Shown here: positions 19,537 through 29,124 of the stretch, piece after piece
Numbering within the stretch: the first letter of the stretch is position 1
Layout: each line of letters begins with the position of its first letter
Position numbers and translations under genes: made by a program
The notes under the pieces: model-generated
What the model saw: only the letters and a program-made list of their open reading frames with translations
Database searches by the model: none
What the model was told of the DNA's origin: nothing
Assembly: GCF_028368995.1 (NCBI RefSeq)
Contig: NZ_JAQNDL010000001.1
Span: forward strand, 672,001 to 736,000
Reading direction: 5' to 3'
Source: Nannocystis bainbridge
GTDB taxonomy: Bacteria > Myxococcota_A > Polyangia > Nannocystales > Nannocystaceae
DNA length: 64,000 nt

Positions 19537-22152
19537 TCACGGCCGCTTGCGCGCCGCCAGCCACGCGTCGATCTCGACCACCGACGCGGCCGTCCTCGCG
19601 TCCGCGGCGAGGGCCTGTCGCGCCTCGCGGGCCAGCGCGACCGCGCGACGCGACTGCCCCAGATCTGCGAGCACCCTGGCCAGCTCGAACTGCACCTCGC
19701 CCAGCCAGGCCGGATCGCCGTCCGCGCCGCGGTTCAGCGCCTCCGCCAGCGCGACGCGGGCCGGCCCTGGCTCGCCGCGGGCGTAGTGCGCCGCGCCGAG
19801 CAGCCGCAGCGGCTCCGCCAGCGGCGGGCTGTCTTCGCCGTACGCTCGCCGCGACACCGCGAGCGCCTGCTCGCACACCGCGATCGCGCGGTCGAGCTCT
19901 GCCAGCAGGTTCAGCGTGCGGCAGCGAATGATATGAGCCTGGGCGCTCTCCGGATTGTCGACCCCGAGCGCCGCGTCGAGGTCAGCCGCGGCGCGGTCGG
20001 CTCTGGCGAGCGCGAGCCGCCCGAGCCGCTCGCGCTCGTCGGGCGCCTCGGTCGCCTCGGCCTGATTGAGGACGCAGATCGCCCAGTCGCGCAGGCACGA
20101 CGCGGTCGTCGGGTGCTGCTCGCCGTGCAGTCGGCTCGCCATCTCGTGCGCGCGCCGCAACGCATCGTCGGCGGCCGCCCACGCGCCCGTCTGCTGCGCG
20201 GTCGCGCCGAGGAAGATCAGCGTCGCCATGACCGCGTCGTGATCGCCGACCAGAGTCCGATCCCACACCGCCAGCGCGCTCTCGAGGCGCGCCAGCGCCT
20301 GCACCGCGTCGCCCTTGTAGAGCAGCGCCTGGCCCTCGACGCGCGCCAGCTCGCCGGCGAGCAGCGGCGTCTGCAGCCGCTCGGCCAGCGGTCGGGCCCG
20401 CGCGGCGTAGGCCAGCGCCGCCTCCGGGTCTTGCAGACCGACGCCGACGATGACGACCAGGTTGACGAGCACCATGGCCCGCCGCGTATCGTCACCGGAC
20501 GCCTCCGCGAGCTCGGCCGCGACCTCGAAGCGGGCCCGCGCGCCCGCCAGATCGCCGGACCTCATGAGCAGGTCGGCCTCGTCGCTCGCCGCCGCCGCCG
20601 CGAGCGGCAAGTAACCCATCTCCCGCGCCCTCGCCTCGATCGCCCGCACCGACTGCAGCGCCTCGTCGACGCGCCCCTCGTCGGCCTTCGCCACCGCCTC
20701 GCGCAGCTCCCGGCGCGCGCGCGCGACCTCCTCGCGCACCGCCGGCTCGGGGCTCGGCAGCAGCGACAGCGGAGCATCGGCCGCGCATCGATCCGGCGCC
20801 GTGAGCCCGTACGACAGCCACTCGACCTGCTGCAGCGCCGCCCGATCGGCGGGGTCGACGGCGCCGAGGAACCCTTCGAGCTCGCCGAAGCCCTCCTCGA
20901 GGCACGCGATCCGGCGCGCCGCGATCGCCCGATCCGCGCCCGCGTCGCGACACACCTCGGTGCGCAGATCGACCCACCGTTGCGCCTGCGCGTCGAGGCG
21001 CGCCTCCAGGCGCTCGCTCAGCAGCTCGCCGCGCGCCAGGCCCCCGCCGGTGATCGCCGCGCGCAGCCGTTGCTTCTGCGCCGCGTTCCACAGCCCGTCC
21101 ATGCGCGCCCGCGGCTCGTCGCACGGATCGGCCGCGACCGCGACGACCGCCGGTGCCTCGCGCAGCGCCCACGCCAGCGCCAGCGCCACCAGGGCCCCGA
21201 ACGCCAGCAGCCCGCCGACCCGCGCCCACCGGGGCTCGATCGCGTTCGCCAGCGCCACCACCAGCGCATCCATCGACGCATAGCGATCGCCTGGCCGCTC
21301 GGCGAGCCCACGACGAACGATCCGCTCGAGCCGCCGCGGCACCCGACCGAGGCACTCCTTCAACGTCAGACACAGCGCGTACTGATCGCTCGCCGCGGTC
21401 GGCTCGCCGCCCGCGCGCAGCTCGGGCGCCAGGTACCCCGGCGTGCCCGCCCTGCCGCTCTCGGGGCTGGTCGGCCAGAGCGGCGCGCCCGGGTCCGTGG
21501 TCGCGCGGGCCAGTCCGAAGTCGGTGACCTGCACGCTGCCGTCCTCACCGACGAGGATGTTGTCCGGCTTGACGTCGCGGTGGAGCACGCCCGCTTTGTG
21601 CGACGCCGCCAGCCCACGCGCCGCGCCCAGACACAGCGCCGCGACCTCGCGCCACGCCGGCCGCGCGCGCGCGCAGTGCTCGCGCAGCGTGCTGCCGCGG
21701 ATCAGCGCCATCGCCACGAACAGCTCCTCGCCCGACTCGCCGGCGTCGAACACGGTGAGGACATTCGGGTGCGCCAGCCGGGCCATCGCCCGCGCCTCAC
21801 GCAGCAGCCGCTCGCGATCGGCCGGGCGGACGTCGAGCGCGTGGATGAGCTTGACCGCGACGTCGCGGTCGAGCACCGGATCGTGCGCGCGATAGACCAG
21901 CCCCATCCCGCCCGAGCCGAGCAGATCGGCGAGCGTGTAACGACCGATCACCACCCCGGTCATCGGATCCGCGCCGCGGTCGTCCTCGCTGCGGACGCCG
22001 ACCTGCCCGCGCGCGAGGCCGGCGACCAGCACGCGACAATCGGTGCACGCCTCGAGGTGACCGTCGAGCGCGGCGCGCTCGTCCGCACCCAGCGCGCCCT
22101 CGAGATACGCGAAGACCGTCTCTTCTTCCGGACAGACGTCCAACGCGCGCAA
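19537..22152 (-). CDS. Ser/Thr protein kinase with N-terminal zf-HC2 anti-sigma zinc finger, TM segment and TPR repeats
   Basis: HLEACTDC; GSGGMGLVY, VAVK, HRDVKPDN, DFG, GTPGYLAPE; TPR-like C-terminus. Confidence 0.92.
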   Translation of the reverse strand: MRALDVCPEEETVFAYLEGALGADERAALDGHLEACTDCRVLVAGLARGQVGVRSEDDRGADPMTGVVIGRYTLADLLGSGGMGLVYRAHDPVLDRDVAVKLIHALDVRPADRERLLREARAMARLAHPNVLTVFDAGESGEELFVAMALIRGSTLREHCARARPAWREVAALCLGAARGLAASHKAGVLHRDVKPDNILVGEDGSVQVTDFGLARATTDPGAPLWPTSPESGRAGTPGYLAPELRAGGEPTAASDQYALCLTLKECLGRVPRRLERIVRRGLAERPGDRYASMDALVVALANAIEPRWARVGGLLAFGALVALALAWALREAPAVVAVAADPCDEPRARMDGLWNAAQKQRLRAAITGGGLARGELLSERLEARLDAQAQRWVDLRTEVCRDAGADRAIAARRIACLEEGFGELEGFLGAVDPADRAALQQVEWLSYGLTAPDRCAADAPLSLLPSPEPAVREEVARARRELREAVAKADEGRVDEALQSVRAIEARAREMGYLPLAAAAASDEADLLMRSGDLAGARARFEVAAELAEASGDDTRRAMVLVNLVVIVGVGLQDPEAALAYAARARPLAERLQTPLLAGELARVEGQALLYKGDAVQALARLESALAVWDRTLVGDHDAVMATLIFLGATAQQTGAWAAADDALRRAHEMASRLHGEQHPTTASCLRDWAICVLNQAEATEAPDERERLGRLALARADRAAADLDAALGVDNPESAQAHIIRCRTLNLLAELDRAIAVCEQALAVSRRAYGEDSPPLAEPLRLLGAAHYARGEPGPARVALAEALNRGADGDPAWLGEVQFELARVLADLGQSRRAVALAREARQALAADARTAASVVEIDAWLAARKRP

Positions 22153-22240
22153 TGTCGTCGAGATCGCCGCGACGCGTCAACCGCCGCCGACGCCGCAGTG
22201 TTGACCCGCGAGAAGTCGCAGATCTAGCATCGCCGCGCCG

Positions 22241-23044
22241 GTGCACGACCTCGCCGAATCGGTCCTCGAGCAAGCGCGCGTCGCGTGGCCCGCGGCGCCG
22301 TGGCAGCGCGAGGACATCGCGCGGCGACTGACCGGCGTGGACCCGCAGCTATGGTCCGAGCCGGCGGCCGCCGACCGCCGCGCCGAGCTCCTGCTCGCCT
22401 GGGCCTGTCTGCTCGGCGACCGCGACGCCGTCCGCCACGTCGAGGCCCGCTACGTCCGCGACGTGCTGCCGAACCTCCGCGCGCTCGACCTCGCGGGGGC
22501 CGAGCTCGACGAGGTGGTGCAGACCCTGCGCGTCGCGCTGCTGATCGGCGCGCCCGGTGGCGAGCCGAAATTCACCCGCTACGCCGGCCGCGGCGCGCTG
22601 GGCGGCTTCGTGCGGACCGTCGCGGTAAGGCTGGCGCTCGATCGCAAGCGTGCGCGCCGCCCTCCGGATCTCGGCGAGCTGGCCCGCCGCCTCATCACCC
22701 CGCTCAGCGATCCGGACGTCGACTATCAAAAGCAGCTCTACACCACGCGCTTCACCGAGGCGCTCGAGGCCGCGTGGGCGCGCCTGCCGATGGCCGAGCG
22801 CCTGCTCCTCCGCTACCACTTGCTCGATCAGGTCGGCATCGACGAGCTCGCGGTCATCTACCGGATCCACCGCTCGACCGCGGCGCGCCGCTGCGCCTCC
22901 GCGCGCCAGCGCCTGGTCACCGGCACCCGCGCCGAACTCGGTCGCGCCATTGGGGTGAGCACCCGCACGGTCGAGAGCATCCTCCGACTGATCGCCACCC
23001 GGCTGGACGCCGGACCCGAGCCGCTGCCCGTAGAACCGGCCTGA
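22241..23044 (+). CDS. ECF-type sigma-70 factor, myxobacterial family
   Basis: LLLAWACLLGDRDA, YAGRGALGGFVRTVAVRLALD, region-4 HTH IDELAVIYRIHRSTAARR; divergent from kinase. Confidence 0.85.
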   Translation: MHDLAESVLEQARVAWPAAPWQREDIARRLTGVDPQLWSEPAAADRRAELLLAWACLLGDRDAVRHVEARYVRDVLPNLRALDLAGAELDEVVQTLRVALLIGAPGGEPKFTRYAGRGALGGFVRTVAVRLALDRKRARRPPDLGELARRLITPLSDPDVDYQKQLYTTRFTEALEAAWARLPMAERLLLRYHLLDQVGIDELAVIYRIHRSTAARRCASARQRLVTGTRAELGRAIGVSTRTVESILRLIATRLDAGPEPLPVEPA

Positions 23045-23145
23045 AGGGGCCGTGCGAGCCGAATTGCTCGCGCGTGTCGTTTTCGCCGCGACCTCGGAGC
23101 CCGGGCTCCGTCTGGTCGGCGAACCAGTCCCAAGAAGGCCTCCTC

Positions 23146-23568
23146 ATGCGAATCACTCTGCTCTCGGCGCTCGCCCTCTCCCTCCTCGGCTCCCTCCCGG
23201 CCTGCAACGACGACGGCGGCGCCGACACCGACACCGCCGGCGACAGCGACGGCGACGCCTGCTCCGGCCCGATCACCGACTGCCGCCTCGCCGACCTCTC
23301 GGAGGAGCAGCAGGCCACCTACTGCGAGACGCTGCTCGCCGCCATCGACGACGAGCCCGGCACGCAATACACCTGCGACGCCGACGGCGCTTACTTGACG
23401 GTCACCACCTCCGCCGAGTGCATCGCCAACGAGGTCTCGCAGGATTGCGCCATCACCGTCGGCGACCTCATCGACTGCTACAAGGCGGCCAAGGTCGACG
23501 CCTGCGCCGCCTTCGCCGAGGACGGCGCCTGCGGGCCCGTGTTCAGCCAGGGCGCAGCCTGCGTCTGA
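23146..23568 (+). CDS. Small Cys-rich lipoprotein (140 aa)
   Basis: MRITLLSALALSLLGSLPAC lipobox; acidic, many Cys. Confidence 0.8.
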   Translation: MRITLLSALALSLLGSLPACNDDGGADTDTAGDSDGDACSGPITDCRLADLSEEQQATYCETLLAAIDDEPGTQYTCDADGAYLTVTTSAECIANEVSQDCAITVGDLIDCYKAAKVDACAAFAEDGACGPVFSQGAACV

Positions 23569-23830
23569 TCGCGCCGCCTCGCAGCGACGATCCGCGGGCC
23601 GCGGATCGTCCGGCCCCGCGCCAGCTCGCGTCGTCCACGCTCTCCGACCTCCGCGAGATCGAAGGACCCATCACGACCTGCGACGCCCGCTTCGCGGCAC
23701 GATCGCGCGACGTGCTCGCGGTCTCGAGCCGTGAGAAATGACAGCGCCCGCGCGGGACCTCCTCACCGCGGTGAAGCCTCGGCGGGGCCCAGATTGACCC
23801 CGCCCGGCCTGCCATGCTCAGGTGGGCCGC

Positions 23831-25777
23831 ATGCAATGGAAGAGGTTCTCGCTCGGGGTGTTGTGGATGGCGGCGTGCGGCGACAGCGGCGTGCGCGACG
23901 ACTCGGCGACGGGCAGCGCTGCCACGTCCACCGTCACCGACAGCACCGGCGCTTCGACGCTGCCGACCACCACCATCGGCGAGACCGACTCGGAGGCCGG
24001 CACCGCGACCGCCAGCGCCACCGAGGTCCCGACCAGCAGCACCACCGACGACCCTGGCGAGACCGGCACCACCGGCCTCGACATGACCTGCGTCGACACG
24101 CCGCCGCCCGGCTTCACCGGCCCGACCGATCCGGCGTGCGCCGCCGCCCCGCAGGTCGGGACCTTCGAGCCGATGCTCGAGTGGAACCGCGCCACCTGGA
24201 CCACCGCGCCCACCTCGGACCAGGTGCTGATGTCGCCGATCGTCGCCTCGCTCGACGGTGACGCGGTGCCCGACGTCGCGTTCGTCACCTACGTCGCCGG
24301 CAACCACTACGGCCCCGGGGTCCTGCGCGCGATGTCAGGCGACGGCCAACAGGAGCTCCTCAACGTCGAGGGCCAGGACGTGTGCGGCCACTCCGGGCTC
24401 GCGGCCGGCGACATCGACGGCGACGGCCAGGTCGAGCTGGTCGTCGTCACCATCGACGGCGCGATCAAGGTGTTCGAGCACGACGGCGCGCCCAAGTGGA
24501 CCAGCGAAGTGTACGGCCTGCACTGCTCGACCTCGCCGGGCATCGCCGACTTCGACGGCGACGGCACGCCCGAGGTCTACGCCGGCGCGGTGATCCTCGA
24601 CGCCGACGGCAACGAGCGCGGCGTCGGCCCGCACGGCAACGGCTTCCGGATCTCGGTCGCCGCCGACATCGACGAGGACGGCCAGCAGGAGCTCGTGGTC
24701 GGCAACGCCGTCTACGACGGCCTCGGCGAGCCCGAGTGGTTCAACATGGAGGCCGACGGGATCCCCGGCGTCGCCGACTTCACGGGCGACTCCAAGCCCG
24801 AGATCGTGGTCAGCGCGTCCGGGACCGTGCGCCTGCAGGACAACCAGGGCGTGGTGCTGTGGACCGCCATGGTCCCCGGCGGAGGCGGCGGCGCGCCGAC
24901 GATCGCCGACTACGACGGCGACGGCGAGCCCGAGGTCGGCGTCGCCGGCAGCGAGTATTACGTGGTGTTCGACACCGACGGTACCCTGATGTGGCAAGCG
25001 CCGATCTCCGAGACCGAGTCGGCCACCGGCTCGATCGTCTACGACTTCGAGGGCGACGGGATCGCCGACGTGATCCACGCCGACGAGAACCGCGTGTGGG
25101 TGTTCTCCGGCCTCGACGGCGCGGTCAAGCTCGAGTTCGGCGGCCACGGCAGCGCGACCCAGCTCGAGTCGCCCGTGGTCGTCGACGTCGACGGCGACGG
25201 CCAGGTCGAGATCGTGTTCGGCAACAATCAATACTACGACCCCGCGGCCCCGAAGGGCATCTCGGTGATCGGCGACGCGGCGATGTCCTGGCGGCCCGGG
25301 CGGAAGATCTGGAACCAGTTCCAGTACTCGATCACCAACGTCGCCGACGACGGCACCATCCCGGCGATGCCGGCCTACAACTGGACCACCCACAACAACT
25401 ACCGCTCGGGCGACGACTCCCCGCCCGACGGCCTGGCCGCGCCCGACCTCGTGCTCGAGGCCAACATCTGCCAGTACCTGTGCCAGGACACCGACCTGCA
25501 GCTATGGGTCAACGTCGGCAACGCGGGCGCCTCGGCGCTCACCGCCGGCGCCACGATCGAGGTCTACGGCGAGCTCGACGGCCAGGAGACGCTGCTCGCC
25601 TCGCAGCCCTTTTTGAAGGTCTTGCCGGCCGGCGAGTACGCGACCGCGATCGGCTTCGACATCGACGCCGCCGGCTACGACGCCCTGCTCGTCCGCGCCG
25701 TCGCCGGCGAGCAGGAGTGCAAGCTCGACAACAACGTCGCCGCGCTGCCGACCCCGTTCTGCAACCCGCCCGAGTGA
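23831..25777 (+). CDS. FG-GAP/VCBS repeat lipoprotein
   Basis: MAAC lipobox, Thr stalk, repeated D[IFYV]DGDG.PE motifs, WNQFQYSITNV. Confidence 0.88.
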   Translation: MQWKRFSLGVLWMAACGDSGVRDDSATGSAATSTVTDSTGASTLPTTTIGETDSEAGTATASATEVPTSSTTDDPGETGTTGLDMTCVDTPPPGFTGPTDPACAAAPQVGTFEPMLEWNRATWTTAPTSDQVLMSPIVASLDGDAVPDVAFVTYVAGNHYGPGVLRAMSGDGQQELLNVEGQDVCGHSGLAAGDIDGDGQVELVVVTIDGAIKVFEHDGAPKWTSEVYGLHCSTSPGIADFDGDGTPEVYAGAVILDADGNERGVGPHGNGFRISVAADIDEDGQQELVVGNAVYDGLGEPEWFNMEADGIPGVADFTGDSKPEIVVSASGTVRLQDNQGVVLWTAMVPGGGGGAPTIADYDGDGEPEVGVAGSEYYVVFDTDGTLMWQAPISETESATGSIVYDFEGDGIADVIHADENRVWVFSGLDGAVKLEFGGHGSATQLESPVVVDVDGDGQVEIVFGNNQYYDPAAPKGISVIGDAAMSWRPGRKIWNQFQYSITNVADDGTIPAMPAYNWTTHNNYRSGDDSPPDGLAAPDLVLEANICQYLCQDTDLQLWVNVGNAGASALTAGATIEVYGELDGQETLLASQPFLKVLPAGEYATAIGFDIDAAGYDALLVRAVAGEQECKLDNNVAALPTPFCNPPE

Positions 25778-25940
25778 CAGCCCGCGTCGGCTCCGCGGCC
25801 GCGCATGCGACCCCGACCGCCGCGAGCACGGCCGGGGTCGCTAGCTTCCCGGCGTCGCCGCCCGGCCACGCATCAACCTGTCCCATGGGCCATCTGTCAC
25901 GATTTCGTCCCTCCTGTAGGGACCGCCGCCCGACGCCCGC

Positions 25941-26705
25941 TCAACCCCGCCGAAGCGCCCGCTCGTGCCGGCGGTCCGACACCGCGCGGCCGATCAGGAT
26001 CAGCGTCCCGAGGCCCAGCCAGCTCAGGCCGATGACCCGCAGCGCCCTCACCCACCTTGCCCACAGCGCCTCGACGTGGCTCCCGGGCCGGTCCCAGACC
26101 ACGAACGCCACCGCGTCGAGGTTCGTCCCGGCCGGCACCAGCTCGCGGTAGCACGCCGCCTGATCGGCCGGCACGCGCACCAGCTCGTCGCTCGCCACGC
26201 TCCACGCGTCGCTGCAGCCGCGATCGATCGCCACGTTGTAGCAGGCGGCGAACACCTGCACCGGCTCGCCGGGCTGCCACGACGCCGGCACCACCGGTGC
26301 CACCGCGTGGTCCCGCCGGGGCGACGCTTTGCCGTTGTCGTGGCGATGCGACACCTTGACCGCGCGCGACCCGTCGACCCGCGCCGCCTCCGTCAAGGTC
26401 GCGCGCTCGACCTCCGGGCGCCCGGCGAACTCGGCCAGCGACAGCGCGACCGGCTCGCCGCCGGTGATCCGACCGTACTCCGCCAGCGGCATCCCGCCGA
26501 GGAACACCAGCAGCCCCGCCCCGGCCAGCCCGAACCCGCCCCAGACGCCGCGCAGCACCAGCGGCAGCCCGAGCACCAGCGTGGCGCCGGTCCCGGCGGC
26601 CAGCGAGCAGCTCTGGTACGTCACGGCCACCCCGAGCCCGACCAGCGCCGCCGCGGCCGCGGTGACCAGCACGAACTCGCGCACCTGCTGGGACGTCCCC
26701 GACAC
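25941..26705 (-). CDS. Hypothetical membrane protein
   Basis: Several hydrophobic segments at N- and C-terminus; start uncertain (GTG 26705). Confidence 0.65.
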   Translation of the reverse strand: MSGTSQQVREFVLVTAAAAALVGLGVAVTYQSCSLAAGTGATLVLGLPLVLRGVWGGFGLAGAGLLVFLGGMPLAEYGRITGGEPVALSLAEFAGRPEVERATLTEAARVDGSRAVKVSHRHDNGKASPRRDHAVAPVVPASWQPGEPVQVFAACYNVAIDRGCSDAWSVASDELVRVPADQAACYRELVPAGTNLDAVAFVVWDRPGSHVEALWARWVRALRVIGLSWLGLGTLILIGRAVSDRRHERALRRG

Positions 26706-26771
26706 CTCGCGCCGAGGATATCGACCGACTCGCCGGTCGACAACCGCGCGCGAGCGATCGACGCCTCCCAC

Positions 26772-26821
26772 CACATGTCCTGTTGGCCCTGTCGTAGCAG
26801 CCATGTTCTATGGAACATGTC
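26772..26821. repeat. GACATGTC-type array, 14-bp period, 4 units
   Basis: CATG/CCTG cores at 26774, 26788, 26802, 26816. Confidence 0.7.
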
Positions 26822-27185
26822 CCACGCGTCGGCGATCCAAGCTTGCGCGCCTGCAACGTTCCGTCTCCGGTCCGGCGATCGTCGCACTGCCGCGAATGCA
26901 CCCACCCGGTGCGGCCAATCGCGTCCCTTCCCACGCCCCCGGCGCTGGCCCCACGAATTCACCGCCCGGGCCGCCGACTGTCGCCGGCGTCATGTTCCTC
27001 GCCCGCCTCGTTCGAATGCGAGCGTCTCATGTCAATACCGCGGCGCGCCTGCGCCCGGCACCGCGCAATCGGGCCCACGATTCCCGAATCACAGGTGCTG
27101 CGGTGCCGCCACCTCGCATTGACACGGCGCTGCGGCGCCTCGTAAGGTGCCCGGTCGAAGAGCCACCATCGGCTCCGGCCTATCG

Positions 27186-29108
27186 ATGAGCGACAACGAA
27201 CTCGTAGCACTCTCGTCCGTGCTGGCCAGCGGCAAGCCTGTCTTCGAGCTCACCGTCGGCAGCACGCCGATGCGGGTCGTCAGCTTCTCGGGCACCGAGG
27301 AGCTGTCGGCGCTGTTCGACTTCAAGGTCGAGGTCGCCGGCCTCGACTTCGACCCCGAGGCCCTGCTCGGCCAGCCCGCGCTGCTCACCCTCCACGGCGC
27401 CGAGCTGCCGCGCCTGGTCCACGGCCTCGTCGCCGAGGCCGAGTACGTCGGCTACACGCGCAGCCTCCAGCTCTACGAGCTGCGGATCGTGCCCTGGGCC
27501 CACCGCCTGGCCCACCGCGAGGACTGCCGCGTGTTCCAGGACAAGACCACCGAGCAGATCGTCACCGAGGTCCTGACCGGCGCCGGCCTGGCCCGCGACT
27601 GGTTCCGCTTCGCCCTCGCCGAGTCGTACGCCCCGCGCAACTACTGCGTGCAATACCGCGAGACCGACCTCGACTTCGTCACCCGGCTGCTCGAGGAGGA
27701 CGGCGTGTTCTATTTCTTCGAGCACGACGAGCAGAAGCACGTGTGGGTCATGGCGGACAACGCCCAGGCCCACACCCCGATCAAGGGCACCTCGACGCTG
27801 TGGTTCAACCCGCCGCGCGGCACCGTGCAGGACCGCGAGCACATCCGCACCTTCCGCTTCGGCGGCCGCGTGCGCCCCGGCAAGGTGACCCTGCGCGACT
27901 ACAACATCCACAAGCCCGACCTCGACCTCGAGGTGCGCGAGGCCGCCAAGGTCGACGCCGACCTCGAGATCTACGAGTTCCCGGGCGAATACCAGGACCC
28001 CGGGCGCGGCGGCCCGCACCAGGGCCAATCGCTGGCCAAGATCCGGCTCGAATCGTTGCAGGCGACCCGCCGCGCCGGCACCGGCGACAGCGACTGCTCG
28101 CGCCTCACCCCCGGGCTGACCCTGCAGATCGCCGGCCACCCCAAGCACGAGCTCAACGCCGAGTACCGCCTGGTCCAGGTCCGCCACACCGGCAGCCAGC
28201 CGCAGGTGCTCGACCAGGACGGCGAGGACGAGAGCAGCTACACCAACGTCTTCAGCGTCACCGAGCTCAAGGTCCCGTTCCGGCCCATGCGCCGCACCTC
28301 GCGGCCGGTGATGCGCGGCGTCCAGACGGCCACGGTCGTCGGGCCCGAGGGCGAAGAGGTGCACACCGACGCCCACGGCCGCGTGCGCGTGCAGTTCCAC
28401 TGGGACCGCGCCGGTGGCCACGACGAGAACAGCGCGACGTGGGTCCGCGTCAGCCAGATGTGGGCCGGCAACGGCTACGGCACGATGTTCCTGCCGCGCA
28501 TCGGCCACGAGGTGCTGATCGACTTCATCGAGGGCGACCCCGACCGGCCGATCATCATCGGCCGCATCTACCACGGCAACAACCAGACCCCGTACCCGCT
28601 GCCCGACGAGAAGACCAAGAGCACCATCAAGTCCGAGAGCTCGCTCGGCGGCGGCGGCTTCAACGAGCTGCGCTTCGAGGATCGCAAGGGCTCGGAGGAG
28701 ATCTTCCTCCACGCCCAAAAGGACTGGAACACCGAGATCCTCAACAACCTCACCGAGAGCGTCGGCGCCGACCGCAACGCCACGATCGGCGCCAGCGACT
28801 CGACCCTGGTCGGCACCGTCCACACTGTCACGATCGCCCAGGCCTCCTCGCCGCCGCCGGCGGTCCCGCCGACGGGCACGAAGATGCAGGACACCTTCTT
28901 CAGCGTCACCACCGGCTCCGCGAAGATCACCATCAACGGCGCCGACGTGTTCGTCGAGGCGGAGGGCAACATCACCCTCGCCGCCGGCGGCGACATCACG
29001 ATCGCCGCGGGCGGCACGATCAACGTCGTCAGCGGCGGGCCGACGTCTGTCCAGGCGAGCGCCGAGGCCCTGAACCTCAAGGGCCCGCTGGTGAAGATCA
29101 ACTGCTGA
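27186..29108 (+). CDS. vgrG: Type VI secretion spike protein VgrG (TssI)
   Basis: YCVQYRETDLDFVTRLLEEDGVFYFFEH, GVQTATVVGP, GRVRVQFHWDR, LPRIGHEVLIDFIEGDPDRP, NELRFED.KG.EEIFLHAQKD; no C-terminal effector extension. Confidence 0.96.
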   Translation: MSDNELVALSSVLASGKPVFELTVGSTPMRVVSFSGTEELSALFDFKVEVAGLDFDPEALLGQPALLTLHGAELPRLVHGLVAEAEYVGYTRSLQLYELRIVPWAHRLAHREDCRVFQDKTTEQIVTEVLTGAGLARDWFRFALAESYAPRNYCVQYRETDLDFVTRLLEEDGVFYFFEHDEQKHVWVMADNAQAHTPIKGTSTLWFNPPRGTVQDREHIRTFRFGGRVRPGKVTLRDYNIHKPDLDLEVREAAKVDADLEIYEFPGEYQDPGRGGPHQGQSLAKIRLESLQATRRAGTGDSDCSRLTPGLTLQIAGHPKHELNAEYRLVQVRHTGSQPQVLDQDGEDESSYTNVFSVTELKVPFRPMRRTSRPVMRGVQTATVVGPEGEEVHTDAHGRVRVQFHWDRAGGHDENSATWVRVSQMWAGNGYGTMFLPRIGHEVLIDFIEGDPDRPIIIGRIYHGNNQTPYPLPDEKTKSTIKSESSLGGGGFNELRFEDRKGSEEIFLHAQKDWNTEILNNLTESVGADRNATIGASDSTLVGTVHTVTIAQASSPPPAVPPTGTKMQDTFFSVTTGSAKITINGADVFVEAEGNITLAAGGDITIAAGGTINVVSGGPTSVQASAEALNLKGPLVKINC

Positions 29109-29124
29109 GGCGACCGGGCCGATC

